From contig CAVYUS010000014.1 in assembly GCA_963771775.1 (NCBI GenBank), positions 63,457 to 127,456 of the forward strand: a stretch of DNA of 64,000 nucleotides. The letters are read 5' to 3'. How positions within the stretch are numbered: position 1 is the first letter of the stretch; each line of letters begins with the position of its first letter. This stretch comes from an uncultured Actinomycetota bacterium (GTDB taxonomy: Bacteria > Actinomycetota > Actinomycetes > Mycobacteriales > Pseudonocardiaceae). Shown here piece after piece: positions 51,732-64,000 of the stretch. Below the pieces are notes generated by a model. The model was given only the letters and a program-made list of their open reading frames with translations, ran no database searches and was not told the DNA's origin. The position numbers and the translations under genes were made by a program.

Positions 51732-53200
51732 GTGGGGTTCTTAGCGCGCGAACGCACAGTCGCGCCTCCCGGATGGAACCGCTGGCTCGTTCCGCCAGCT
51801 GCACTGGCGATTCATCTCTCCATTGGTCAGGCGTACGCGTGGAGCGTCTTCAAGACGCCGCTCGAGAAATCCCTCGGCATCACGGGAACGCAGAGTGCGC
51901 TGCCCTTCCAGCTCGGCATCGTGATGCTCGGGCTCTCCGCCGCCGTGCTCGGTACGCAGGTGGAGCGCAGGGGACCGCGCTGGGCGATGTTCACCTCGCT
52001 GGTGTGCTTCTGCTCCGGTCTGCTGATCTCGGCCGCCGGTGTGTGGGCCGGCCAGTACTGGGTCGTCGTCCTCGGTTACGGACTCGTCGGCGGTATCGGG
52101 CTCGGCATCGGCTACATCTCGCCGGTGTCCACGCTGATCAAGTGGTTCCCCGACCGGCCGGGCATGGCGACCGGCATCGCGATCATGGGCTTCGGCGGCG
52201 GAGCTTTGATCGCGTCACCGTGGTCGACCTCGATGCTCACGGCGTTCGGCAACACCTCCACGTCGGGCATCGGCAAGGCGTTCCTGATCCACGGCATCGC
52301 CTACGCGATCTTCATGACCGTCGGCGTGCTGCTGATCCGCCTGCCGTCTCGTGAGTTCACGCAGGAGAAGGCGGAGCTGCTCAAGGACAAGCCGAAGGCC
52401 AACGTCGGCTTCAACGTCTCCGCGAACAACGCGATCAAGACGCCGCAGTTCTGGCTGCTCTGGGTCGTGCTGTGCTTCAACGTCACCGCGGGCATCGGCA
52501 TCCTGGAGAAGGCCGCGCCGATGCTGGTCGACTTCTTCAAGGAGTCGTCGACGCCGGTCCTCGCGACCGCGGCCACCGGTTTCGTGGCGCTGCTCTCCGC
52601 GGCGAACATGGCCGGCCGGTTCGTCTGGTCGTCCACCTCGGACATCGTGGGCCGCAAGAACATCTACCGCCTCTACCTGGGTGTCGGCGCGCTGCTCTAC
52701 CTGGTGCTGCTGGTGTTCGGCCCGACCAGCACCCCGCTGTTCGTCATCGCGGCGATGGTGATCCTGACCTTCTACGGTGGCGGTTTCGCCACGATCCCGG
52801 CCTACCTGCGCGACCTCTTCGGCACCTACCAGGTCGGCGCGATCCACGGTCGCCTGCTGACCGCGTGGTCGGTGGCCGGCGTGCTCGGGCCGCTGATCGT
52901 CAACGCCATCGCGGACGCGGGCAAGAAGGCCGGGCACGTCGGTCCCGACTTGTACAGCCACGTCGTTCTACATCATGATCTCGCTGCTGGTCGTTGGTTT
53001 CGTCGCGAACGAGCTGGTCCGCCCGGTCGACCCGAAGTTCCACGAGCCCACGACCGCCGAAGCGATCACTGACGAGACCGAGCAAGCCTTCGTCGAAGAG
53101 CGACGACGAGGCGACGGTCGCCAAGTGGAACGAGGCCGAGGCGGCCGATGCCGCCGAGACCGCTGCCGAGGAAGAGTCGGAAGGCGTGGTGCGGAAGTGA
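51732..53200 (+). CDS. OFA-family MFS transporter; frameshifts near 52955 and 53095
   Basis: IGQAYAWSVF, GYISPVSTLIKWFPDRPGMATG, YGGGFATIPAYL, IHGRLLTAWS. Confidence 0.85.
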
Positions 53201-53304
53201 ACAGCCAACGCATGTTGCTGATCGGTGCGTGGCTGTGGGTGGGCATTCCGCTCGCCTACGGCCTGTACCGGCTCTTCCTGAACGCGGCCAAGCTCTTCGT
53301 CTGA
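53197..53304 (+). CDS. 35 aa MFS-associated small membrane subunit
   Basis: AWLWVGIPLAYGLY...KLF; GTGA overlap. Confidence 0.7.
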   Translation: MNSQRMLLIGAWLWVGIPLAYGLYRLFLNAAKLFV

Positions 53305-55566
53305 TGATCGACAAGCTCGTCAACTGGCGCAACTGGCGCCTGCCGGTGAAGCTCGCCGCGGTGTTGATCGTTCCGGTCGCCATCGCGGTGGGCTCCGGCG
53401 TACTGCAGATCCAGTCGCACATGGAGCGCGCCGAGTCGTACGCGGCCCTCCAGCGGCTGGTGAAGGTCCGTGCCGCACTGATCCCCGTGGTCGAGGGGGT
53501 GCAGGCGGAGCGGCGGATCATCGCCGGAGGCGCCGGCCCGCAGGCCCTGGCCGATCAGGTGCGCGCCACCGACGAGGCCCGCGCGACGCTGCGCCAGGCC
53601 ATCGGCAAGGCCTCGCTGAGCGAGGTCGTCGTCGCCCGCATGGACGACGTGCACGCCCGGATCGGCGGTCTTCCCGCGTTGCGCGAGAAGACCGGTGACG
53701 TACCGGGCGTGATCAAGGAGTACACCGCGCTCACCGGGTCGATGCTCGACGTGGACGAGGTGCTCTCCGGCGAGTTCGGCGACCCCGCGCTCGCCCGCAC
53801 GGCGATGGGCCTGCACCACGCGCTGAACGTGCGGGAGGAGGTCCTGTACCAGCAGGCGGTCGTGCTGTCCGGGCTCACCCGCGGCCAGCTCGTCACCGCC
53901 GAGGTGCGGTCGCTGGTCGAGTCGAACGTCAAGCTCGGCTACATCGCCGGCCAGTTCGCCGCGCTCGCGACGGCGGAGCAGCTGAACTCGTACTGGGCGA
54001 ACTTCAACGGCCCGGACATCGAGGCGCACCGCAAGATGCTGGCGACGGCGTTGCTGCACCCGACGTCCGACGCGCCGACCAGCAACACCGGCACGGGTAA
54101 CATCGCGAGGCCCAGGGCGCTGCCGATCGCGGCATCGGACTGGAGCAAGGCCTCCGGCGCGGTCGCGACGTCGCTGGGCGGCGTGGTGCAGGGGCTGCAG
54201 AACGACCTGCGCGACACCGCGAACCGGCTGCGCGACGAGACGAGCGACCGGGCCGGTGCGGCGTCGGCGATCCTGTTCGCCAGCGTGATCGTGGCCGGCA
54301 CCATCGGGTTCGTCATCGGCCGCTACCTGCTGCGTTCGCTCAACGCGCTGCGCCGTTCCGCGCTGGAGGTGGCGTGGCACAAACTTCCCGAAATGGTGGC
54401 GACCGGACGCGGCAGCACGAGAGATCGAGCCGGTGCCGGTGGACACGACCGAGGAGTTCGGCCAGGTGGCGCGCGCGTTCGACGCGGTGCACCAGCAGGC
54501 CGTGCGCTCGCTGGTCGAGCAGGCCGGCCTGCGCGCGAACATGCGCAACATCTTCGTGAACCTCTCGCGCCGCAGCCAGAGCCTCGTCGAACGCCAGCTC
54601 AAGCTGATGGAGGAGCTGGAGAAGTTCGAGGAGGACCCGGACCAGCTCGCGAACCTCTTCAAGCTCGACCACCTCGCCACCCGCATGCGCCGCAACAACG
54701 AGAACCTGATGGTGCTCTCCGGCGGCGACGTGGCGCGGCGGTTCACCCGGCCGATCCCGCTGACCGACGTGCTGCGCGCGGGGGCGGCGGAGATCGAGCA
54801 GTACCAACGGGTGATGGTGCACACGGCGCCGAACGCCGAGGTAGTCGGTTACGTGGCAAGCGACCTCGTCCGGTTGCTGGCCGAACTTCTTGACAACGCA
54901 ACGGCTTTCTCGCCCCCGCACTCCCAGGTCTCGATCAGCGCGTCCATCGAGGCGGGCGACATCGTGCAGATCGACGTGGTCGACCACGGCATCGGCATCG
55001 ACCCCGAGGCGCTGGCCGCGGTGAACCAGCGGCTCGAGGCCGCGGGTGAGGGCGCGGACGTCCAGGTCTTCCGCGAAATGGGACTTTTCGTCGTCGGCAG
55101 GCTCGCCGAGCGACACCAGATCGTGGTACGACTCGATGCCCAACAGGGCAAGGGGACTCGCGCGATCGTGTTGGTTCCGGCCGAACTGGCACCACGGCGG
55201 GAGGAGTCCTGGGAGTCTTTCCGCGGGGAAACGATCGAGGAGCAGACGATGCAGCTGATGCGGGCGCGGCCGGCGCCTGAGTCGATCTCGGGGCAGGTCT
55301 CCGGACCGATGTCCGGACCGTTCCCGGTGCCGGTCGGCGGGCCGATCTCCGGGCCGATCTCCGGGCCGATTTCTGGGCCGGTGCGCGAGTCCGGGCCGGC
55401 GTCGTGGTTCGCCGAGGAGACCGAGACACCCGCTGCCACACCGGCGTACCCCGCACCGCCGCGTCCCGCCCCCGCACGTCAGTCGCCGGAGTCGGCTCGG
55501 GGCTTCCTCGACGCCTTCCAGCGCGGTGTGCAGCGAGACGTTTCCGATCGGCAGGAGAGTCGATGA
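53304..55566 (+). CDS. cvnA: Conservon CvnA-like sensor ATPase/kinase; frameshift near 54415
   Basis: Two TM segments with NIT-like sensor; FVNLSRRSQSLVERQL, LFKLDHLATRMRRNNENL, LAELLDNA, MGLFVV. Confidence 0.85.
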
Positions 55567-55961
55567 GCACGCAGGTGGACCAGTTCGGCTGGCTGGTCAC
55601 CAACTTCGCCGAACGCACCCCCGGCATCGAGCACGCCGTGGTGATCTCGGCCGACGGGCTGGTGCTGATCTCGTCGTCGAAGCTGCCGCCGCACGCCGCG
55701 CCCCAGTTCGCGGCGATCGTGGCGGGCGTGGTGTCGCTCGCGGAGTCGGCGTCGAAGTGCTTCGCCGGTGAGTCGGTCGTGCGCACCGTGGTGCAGATGG
55801 ACCGGGGCGTGATGCTGCTGATGTCGATCAGCGACGGCTCGGTCCTCGCCGTGCTGGCGTCCTCGACGAGCGACGTCTCGCAGGTGGCGTACGAGATGAC
55901 AGTGGTGGTGCGGCAGGTGGGCCAGCTGCTCACGCCGGAACTGCGGGCCGAGCTGGCATGA
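55563..55961 (+). CDS. cvnB: Roadblock/LC7 protein
   Basis: FGWLV, HAVVISADGL, VAYEM. Confidence 0.88.
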   Translation: MSTQVDQFGWLVTNFAERTPGIEHAVVISADGLVLISSSKLPPHAAPQFAAIVAGVVSLAESASKCFAGESVVRTVVQMDRGVMLLMSISDGSVLAVLASSTSDVSQVAYEMTVVVRQVGQLLTPELRAELA

Positions 55962-56470
55962 GCAGAGAGCCAGAGGAGCAGGTCAGCTTCGGCGACCTGG
56001 TCAGCGGTTTCAGCTTCGACAGCGCGCGGATCCGCAAGCGCGGCAAGAAGGCCCAGCGCGCGGCGGATCCCCTGCCGGAGCCGGACCCGTACGCCACGCT
56101 GCCCTTCGACGTCCCGCCGCTGCCGTCGATCGAGTCGTCGGCGTCGATCGTGCGCGCCTACGCCTGGACCGGCGGCCGCACGACGTCCGACGTGCACCTG
56201 GAGATCGAGACCCTGGTCTCGGTGAACGAGTTCTCGGCCACCGCCGTTCGCCCGGAACACCAGGACGTGCTGGCACTGTGCGCCGCACCGCGTTCGGTGG
56301 CCGAGGTCGCCGCCCTGCGCGGACTGCCGTTGGGTGTCACGAAGGTGCTGCTCGGCGACATGGCCTCGCACGGCCTGATCGACGTGCACCGCACCGCCTC
56401 GTCGTACGGCGACGACAAGCCGGACGGTGCGCTGCTGGAGCGGGTGCTGGCGGGTCTGCGCCGGCTCTGA
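55958..56470 (+). CDS. cvnC: DUF742 protein
   Basis: VRAYAWTGGRT, SVAEVAA, LPLGV.KVLLGDM, LLERVLAGL. Confidence 0.88.
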   Translation: MSREPEEQVSFGDLVSGFSFDSARIRKRGKKAQRAADPLPEPDPYATLPFDVPPLPSIESSASIVRAYAWTGGRTTSDVHLEIETLVSVNEFSATAVRPEHQDVLALCAAPRSVAEVAALRGLPLGVTKVLLGDMASHGLIDVHRTASSYGDDKPDGALLERVLAGLRRL

Positions 56471-56517
56471 CCCGCAAGCACCTGCCGCACGGCTGAAGCC
56501 CGGCAGAGGGGAGCAGT

Positions 56518-57531
56518 GTGCGGACAGGACAGTTCCCGCGCCCGCACCAGCTGCCCGCGGCCGTCGCCGACTTCGTGGGCCGGGAGGAACTGCTCCAGGC
56601 CGTCGTCGACCAGATCACCCCGTATCCACATGTGGTGTTGCTGACCGGACCGGTGGGCATCGGCAAGACGACGCTGGCCGTGCACGCCGCGCACCAGGTG
56701 GCGAACGCCCGCTTCCCGGACGGCCAGCTGTTCGTGCGGCTGCGCGGGACGACACCGCACGAGGTGCTCGGCCGGTTCCTCAGCTCGTTCGGGTTGTCCG
56801 TACCGGGAGATTTCGGCGCGCGGCTGAGCGCTTATCGAGATGCCGTTGCGCGGCAGTCACTTCTGCTGGTGCTGGACGACGCGACGAGCGTGCAGCAGGT
56901 GACGCCGTTGCTGCCGCACTCGCCGGGTTCCGCGGTGATCGTGACTTCGCGCCACCGGTTGCGGCTGGCCAACGTCATCACCGTCGGTGCGCTGGAGCCG
57001 GTGCAGGCGATGACGTTGCTGGGCAAGCAGATCGGCGCGCATCGGCTGGAACGTGAGCCCGCTCAGGCCGAAGCGCTGGTGTCCGCCACGGAATGCCTGC
57101 CGCTCGCGGTGCGGATAGCCGGGGCCAGGCTCGCCGCCCGCCCGCACTGGCCGATCTCCTTCCTGCTCGACCAGCTCACCGGCCCGCACGGCCGGCTGGA
57201 CGCGTTGTCGCACGGCGGTTTGTGCCTGCGGACGCGGCTGACGGAGGCCACCGGGGACCTGAGCGCGCCCGCCCGCCGGTTGCTGGGGCTGCTCGCCGCC
57301 GCGGGAGCGCGCAGGTTGCCGCGCTGGGCACCGGTGGCGGCGTTCGGGGACGTGCGGGGGCAGTCCGCTGTGGACGAGCTGGTGTCGGCGCACCTCGTCG
57401 AGCTCGCCGGTGACGGCTACGTGGTGCCCGATCTCGTGCGGGAGTTCGCGGCCGGGCACGCCGGGCCGGGCCATACCACCTCGCTCGCCGGTAATTCGCA
57501 ATTATGGGTGAAGGCCATTCAGGTGATTTGA
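56518..57531 (+). CDS. Stand-alone NB-ARC (AfsR-type STAND) ATPase
   Basis: QLP...DFVGRE, GPVGIGKTT, LLVLDDA, VIVTSR, LPLAV; no SARP or TPR domains. Confidence 0.8.
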   Translation: MRTGQFPRPHQLPAAVADFVGREELLQAVVDQITPYPHVVLLTGPVGIGKTTLAVHAAHQVANARFPDGQLFVRLRGTTPHEVLGRFLSSFGLSVPGDFGARLSAYRDAVARQSLLLVLDDATSVQQVTPLLPHSPGSAVIVTSRHRLRLANVITVGALEPVQAMTLLGKQIGAHRLEREPAQAEALVSATECLPLAVRIAGARLAARPHWPISFLLDQLTGPHGRLDALSHGGLCLRTRLTEATGDLSAPARRLLGLLAAAGARRLPRWAPVAAFGDVRGQSAVDELVSAHLVELAGDGYVVPDLVREFAAGHAGPGHTTSLAGNSQLWVKAIQVI

Positions 57532-57904
57532 TCTCCGTCCGTGAGGATGCTGTGAGGTATTGCTCCAACCGAGTGCTTGGCTAGCTCGTAAGATTCCGTT
57601 AGGGTCGCATTCGCGAGCAATTGGCAGGGTCGATGGCGTTATCAAAAATCGCCCGAAAATTGACCAAAAATTAGTCGTTTGTTCGATTGCAACCAAAACG
57701 CTGCTCCGTACGGGTGGTGCCCTCCACGGCAGGACCAATGGCCGCTCACCCAGCGGGACGGGCGTGACGGAGACGTGTGCGTGCAGTGGTGCGAGGTCGG
57801 CCAAAAGGGGCTTGTGAGTCGTGAGAATCGGACCAGTCTTGTCTAATGGCATCGCCGGGATCCGTCCGGCGCACAGTGGCCTCGACCAGGGGGAGGAACG
57901 CACC

Positions 57905-58453
57905 ATGGGTGGTGTCCCGACTTTTCCCCACGGCAGACCGCTGACGTGGGCGGACCTGGAGGCGATGCCTGATGACGGGCACCGTTTCGAACTCGTCGAC
58001 GGGGTGTTGGTGATGTCCCCCTCCCCCCGTCCAGTGCACCAGCGGGTCGTCGCCCGGCTGCTGGTGGCGCTGACGGCTGTCTGTCCACCGGAGCTGGAGG
58101 TCCTCCCCGCTCCGGTCGACGTGGTGCTCGCCGACGACACGGTCTTCATTCCGGACCTGGTGGTCGGCCGGCGCGAGCAGTTCACGAAGCAGGCGTTGAT
58201 GGGACCGCCCGTGCTGGCGGTCGAGGTCCTTTCGCCCCGCACGCGACACGTGGACCTGGAACTGAAGCGGGCGAAGTTCCAGGAAGTCGGCTGCGAGAAC
58301 TACTGGCTGATCGACTACGACAGTCCCTGGCTGCGTTGTCTGCACCTGGAAAACGGCGGCTACGTGGAACAGGCGCGGTCCGACGGTGAAGAGATCATCG
58401 AGCTGCAGTTCCCATTTGCGGTGAAACTCAGCGCCCAGTCACTGGTGCGCTGA
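57905..58453 (+). CDS. Uma2-family PD-(D/E)XK endonuclease-like protein
   Basis: ELVDG, HQ, PDLVV, LAVEVLSP, K, YWLID. Confidence 0.88.
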   Translation: MGGVPTFPHGRPLTWADLEAMPDDGHRFELVDGVLVMSPSPRPVHQRVVARLLVALTAVCPPELEVLPAPVDVVLADDTVFIPDLVVGRREQFTKQALMGPPVLAVEVLSPRTRHVDLELKRAKFQEVGCENYWLIDYDSPWLRCLHLENGGYVEQARSDGEEIIELQFPFAVKLSAQSLVR

Positions 58454-58483
58454 GTACTCGCCGGTCGAGACGGACTGGGCTGA

Positions 58484-60784
<2,301 letters not shown>

Positions 60785-60937
60785 TGAGCCCAACCACACT
60801 TCACCGGATGGCCGCCTGATTGTCGGGTGTTCACCGGACACCGGCGAAGTCGTCACGCCGCTACTTTTTGATCAGCGAGGCACGGATACCTGCTCAGGTG
60901 TCCATGTGCGATTTCGCCATCACAAGGGGAGTGTGAG

Positions 60938-61377
60938 ATGGGTAAGTTCAATGCTCGCTTGTTCGGTACGGCCTTTTCGGTAGCGGTGCTGGGTTGACCA
61001 TGCTGACGGCGGCTCCTGCCAACGCGGCTGCCGGCTGCACCCGCGCGGTGACGATCACCGGAGTCAGTGGCACGCATGCGGTAGTTCCCGGTGTCAGCGG
61101 CGGTACTTCCACGAACCCGGGTACGTGTCACCTGACCGAGGGCAGCTCCGGCGCAGGTGTCAAAGCCATGCAGCAGGGACTGAATTCCTGCTACGGCGCC
61201 GGTATCACCGCAGACGGACAGTTCGGGCCGAAGACGCGGAGCGCGATCATCGCCGTGCAGAGGCGCATCGGGGTCACCGCGGACGGGAGCTTCGGACCGA
61301 ACACCCGCGGGGCCATGAACTGGATGGCCTTCAACAACAGCGGCCCGGTGGGTTGCCGCCACTTCCCGAACGCGTAG
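60938..61377 (+). CDS. Secreted peptidoglycan-binding-domain protein; frameshift near 60993 in signal peptide
   Basis: Two ADG.FGP.T repeats, four Cys; AAGGGGAG RBS before ATG 60938. Confidence 0.75.
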
Positions 61378-61562
61378 TACCGGCCTAGGCGCCGAACCTG
61401 GCACTGAGCCAGGCGTTCGTCGCGGCGCGGTAGTCGCCCGCGTTCCGGTGCAGGGCGAGCGAGTGCCCTGCACCGGGCACGCTTCGCCGACGGCGTTCGG
61501 TCAGCCGATGGTCAGTGCTGGCCGGCACCTTGTGAGCAACACCGACTCACAGGGGGCACACC

Positions 61563-62648
61563 ATGACGAACGTCCTGATCTCCGGCGCCAGCATCGGCGG
61601 ACCGGCGCTCGCCTACTGGCTGCGCCGCCACGGTTTCGGCGTCACCGTCGTCGAGCGGTCCCGCGGGTTGCGCCCCGGTGGCCAGGCCATCGACGTGCGC
61701 GGTCCGGCGTTGCAGGTCATCGAGCTGATGGGCCTCGGCGACGAGCTGCGGTCGTTCAGCACCAACATGCGCGGCATGACCATGCTGGACCAGGACGGCA
61801 ACGAGCTGTTCAGCTCCACCACGCACACCCTGAGCGGCGGGGAGCTCGCGAGCCCCGACGTCGAGCTCCTGCGCGACGACCTCGCGAACCTGCTGTTCGA
61901 CGCGGCCGACGGCGTGGAGTACCTGTTCGACGACACGATCACCGCGATCGACGGCACCCGCGTCACGTTCGAGAAGGCCCCGCCCCGCGACTTCGACGTC
62001 ATCGTCGGCGCGGACGGCCTGCACTCCAACGTCCGCCGGCTCGTCTTCGGGCCCGAGGAGAGCTTCATCAGCCACCTCGGCATGTACCTCGGCGTCTTCA
62101 CCGCGCCGAACTTCCTGAACCTGGACCACTGGCAGACCTTCCAGCAGGGCGAGGTCGTCGGCGGCGGGATCATGAGCGCCCGCTCGAACGCGGAATGCCG
62201 GGTCTACATGGGCTTCAACGGCGCGGAGAGCGTCGACTACCGCGACGTCGAGGCGCAGCGGCGACTGATCGCCGAGAAGTTCGCCGACGCCGGCTGGGAG
62301 TGGCAGACCGCGTTGAAGCACATGTGGGAGGCGCCGGACTTCCACTTCGACTCGATGAGCCAGATCCGGATGGACAGCTGGTCGCGCGGCAACGTGGTGC
62401 TGCTCGGCGACGCCGGCTACTGCGGATCGCCGTTGTCCGGCCAGGGCACGAGCATGGCGCTGGTCGGCGCGTACGTCCTCGCCGGTGAGCTGCGGGCCAA
62501 CCCCGCCACGGCTTTCCAGCGCTACGAGGAGATCCTGCGGCCGTACGTGACGGCCAACCAGGACATGGCGCTGAGGAACAAGGAGAACGGCGGTCCGGGG
62601 GAGGACTTCACCGACGTGGTGAACAGCCTGCAGCTCAGTACGTACTGA
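61563..62648 (+). CDS. FAD-dependent monooxygenase
   Basis: GASIGG, GADGLHS, LLGDAGY. Confidence 0.9.
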   Translation: MTNVLISGASIGGPALAYWLRRHGFGVTVVERSRGLRPGGQAIDVRGPALQVIELMGLGDELRSFSTNMRGMTMLDQDGNELFSSTTHTLSGGELASPDVELLRDDLANLLFDAADGVEYLFDDTITAIDGTRVTFEKAPPRDFDVIVGADGLHSNVRRLVFGPEESFISHLGMYLGVFTAPNFLNLDHWQTFQQGEVVGGGIMSARSNAECRVYMGFNGAESVDYRDVEAQRRLIAEKFADAGWEWQTALKHMWEAPDFHFDSMSQIRMDSWSRGNVVLLGDAGYCGSPLSGQGTSMALVGAYVLAGELRANPATAFQRYEEILRPYVTANQDMALRNKENGGPGEDFTDVVNSLQLSTY

Positions 62649-62803
62649 GCAACTCCTCGATCGCGGCCGTGATGTCGTCCGCCGGCAACACGCCGCCGGT
62701 GAAGCGGGTGACCCGCCGTGATCCCCTTCGCGTCGGTGTGCCGCCCCGGCTGGGACCTCGGGCGGGCCGTCACCACCGCCGTGCTCATCGGAGGTGTCTG
62801 TCA

Positions 62804-62819
62804 ATTGGCTCAGACCATT
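62804..62819 (+). promoter_or_regulatory. Possible DasR-type operator next to a TTGACG -35
   Basis: ATTGGCTCAGACCATT matches 11/16 of ACTGGTCTAGACCAGT; upstream of a hexosaminidase. Confidence 0.45.
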
Positions 62820-62887
62820 GACGGCAAAAGGGATGTTTGACCAGGCTGAGCACAGGGCCGCCGCCCCCCGACTCATGAGGAGGAGTC

Positions 62888-64000
62888 GTGAGAACTCGCG
62901 TTCTCGCCGCGGTCATCGCTGTGACCGCGGCGCTCTCCGTGAGCGCTCAGTCGCAAGCCGCCGAACCGCTGCGATCCTTGGTGCCGGTTCCGGCATCCGT
63001 GCAGACCAGGGCCGGTGTCACGCACACGCTGACCGCGAACACGAAGATCTACACCGCCCCGGCCGCGCGCGACGTCGGCACCTTCCTCGCCGAGATCCTG
63101 CGCCGGTCGACGGGCTATCCGCTGCCGGTGTCGGACGCGGCCGGAACGCCGGCCGACGGCATCTCCCTGCTGCTCTCCGGCGCCCCCGGCACGGTCGGCC
63201 AGCAGGGCTACCAGCTCGACTCGGCGGCCAACGCCGTCGTGCTGCGGGCCAACACCTCGGAGGGCTTGTTCGCGGGCGTGCAGACGTTGCGGCAGATGTT
63301 GCCCGCCGCGGTCGAAAGCGCGACCACGCAACCCGGTCCGTGGACCGTGCCGGGTGCGCTGATCACCGACCAGCCGCGGTTCTTCTACCGCGGCGCGATG
63401 CTGGACGTGGCGCGCCACTTCCACCCGGTCGCCTCGGTGAAGCGCTACATCGACCAGCTGGCGCTGTACAAGATCAACTACTTCCACCTGCACCTGACCG
63501 ACGACCAGGGCTGGCGGATCGTGATCGACAGCTGGCCGCGCCTCGCCACGTACGGCGGCAGCACGCAGGTCGGCGGCGGTGCCGGCGGCTACTACACCAA
63601 GGCGCAGTACAGCGAGATCGTGCAGTACGCGGCGGCCCGCAAGATCACGGTGATCCCCGAGGTCGACCTGCCCGGCCACACGAACTCCGCGCTGGCCTCC
63701 TATGCGGAGCTGAACTGCAACAACCAGGCCCCGCCGCTGCGCACGGACATCGAGGTCGGCTACTCCTCGTTGTGCGTCGGCAAGGACATCACCTACCAGT
63801 TCATCGACGACGTGGTGCGCGAGATCGCGGCGCTGACGCCGGGCCCGTACTTCCACATCGGCGGTGACGAGGCGCACGCGACCTCGGACGCGGACTACCA
63901 GGCGTTCATGAACCGCGCCCTGCCGATCGTGCAGAAGTACGGCAAGACCGTGCTCGGCTGGCACGAGTTCGTGAAGACCACGACCGACACCGCCGCCATC
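62888..64000 (+). CDS. Secreted beta-N-acetylhexosaminidase (GH20), runs off the window; absent from the ORF track
   Basis: GAGGAGGAG RBS, signal peptide, YRGAMLDVARHF, HLHLTDDQGWR, PEVDLPGH, HIGGDE. Confidence 0.93.
   Translation, partial: MRTRVLAAVIAVTAALSVSAQSQAAEPLRSLVPVPASVQTRAGVTHTLTANTKIYTAPAARDVGTFLAEILRRSTGYPLPVSDAAGTPADGISLLLSGAPGTVGQQGYQLDSAANAVVLRANTSEGLFAGVQTLRQMLPAAVESATTQPGPWTVPGALITDQPRFFYRGAMLDVARHFHPVASVKRYIDQLALYKINYFHLHLTDDQGWRIVIDSWPRLATYGGSTQVGGGAGGYYTKAQYSEIVQYAAARKITVIPEVDLPGHTNSALASYAELNCNNQAPPLRTDIEVGYSSLCVGKDITYQFIDDVVREIAALTPGPYFHIGGDEAHATSDADYQAFMNRALPIVQKYGKTVLGWHEFVKTTTDTAAI

Noticed and set aside
55280-55400. 12 bp repeats (ISGP)n as a separate element
   Set aside because: In-frame low-complexity linker in the CvnA tail
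57905-58453. Defence island around the Uma2 nuclease and NB-ARC protein
   Set aside because: Solitary Uma2 genes are common in actinomycetes, they are separated by about 370 bp, and no methylase or effector domain is present

Overview
High-GC actinobacterial chromosome segment. Gene content suggests Pseudonocardiaceae such as Lentzea or Saccharothrix; this is an inference. It holds about 70 genes and no rRNA, tRNA, CRISPR, integrase or transposase that I can see. Recognisable blocks are an osmoprotectant ABC transporter, furA-katG with a FurA box, a MocR/EamA pair, a YbaB/EspC-WXG100 type VII-like substrate locus, and an uncharacterised ~9 kb 'PTPS-IV' cluster (variant RibA, PTPS-like protein, GT4, methyltransferase, flippase-like protein, creatininase, Zn-dehydrogenase, CDP-alcohol phosphotransferase, RibD-like reductase, sulfatase-like protein). 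Further blocks are a secreted SBP56/methanethiol-oxidase-like plus YeeE operon, actP, an OFA-MFS operon running into a conservon that has an NB-ARC ATPase where the CvnD GTPase normally sits, geosmin synthase and a GH20 hexosaminidase. Non-coding highlights are two copies of a ~170 bp fully fold-back element with compensatory changes, and two tandem arrays built from the stop-codon regions of convergent genes. About ten genes carry small frameshifts, most likely sequencing indels. All family calls come from motif recognition by eye; no database searches were run.
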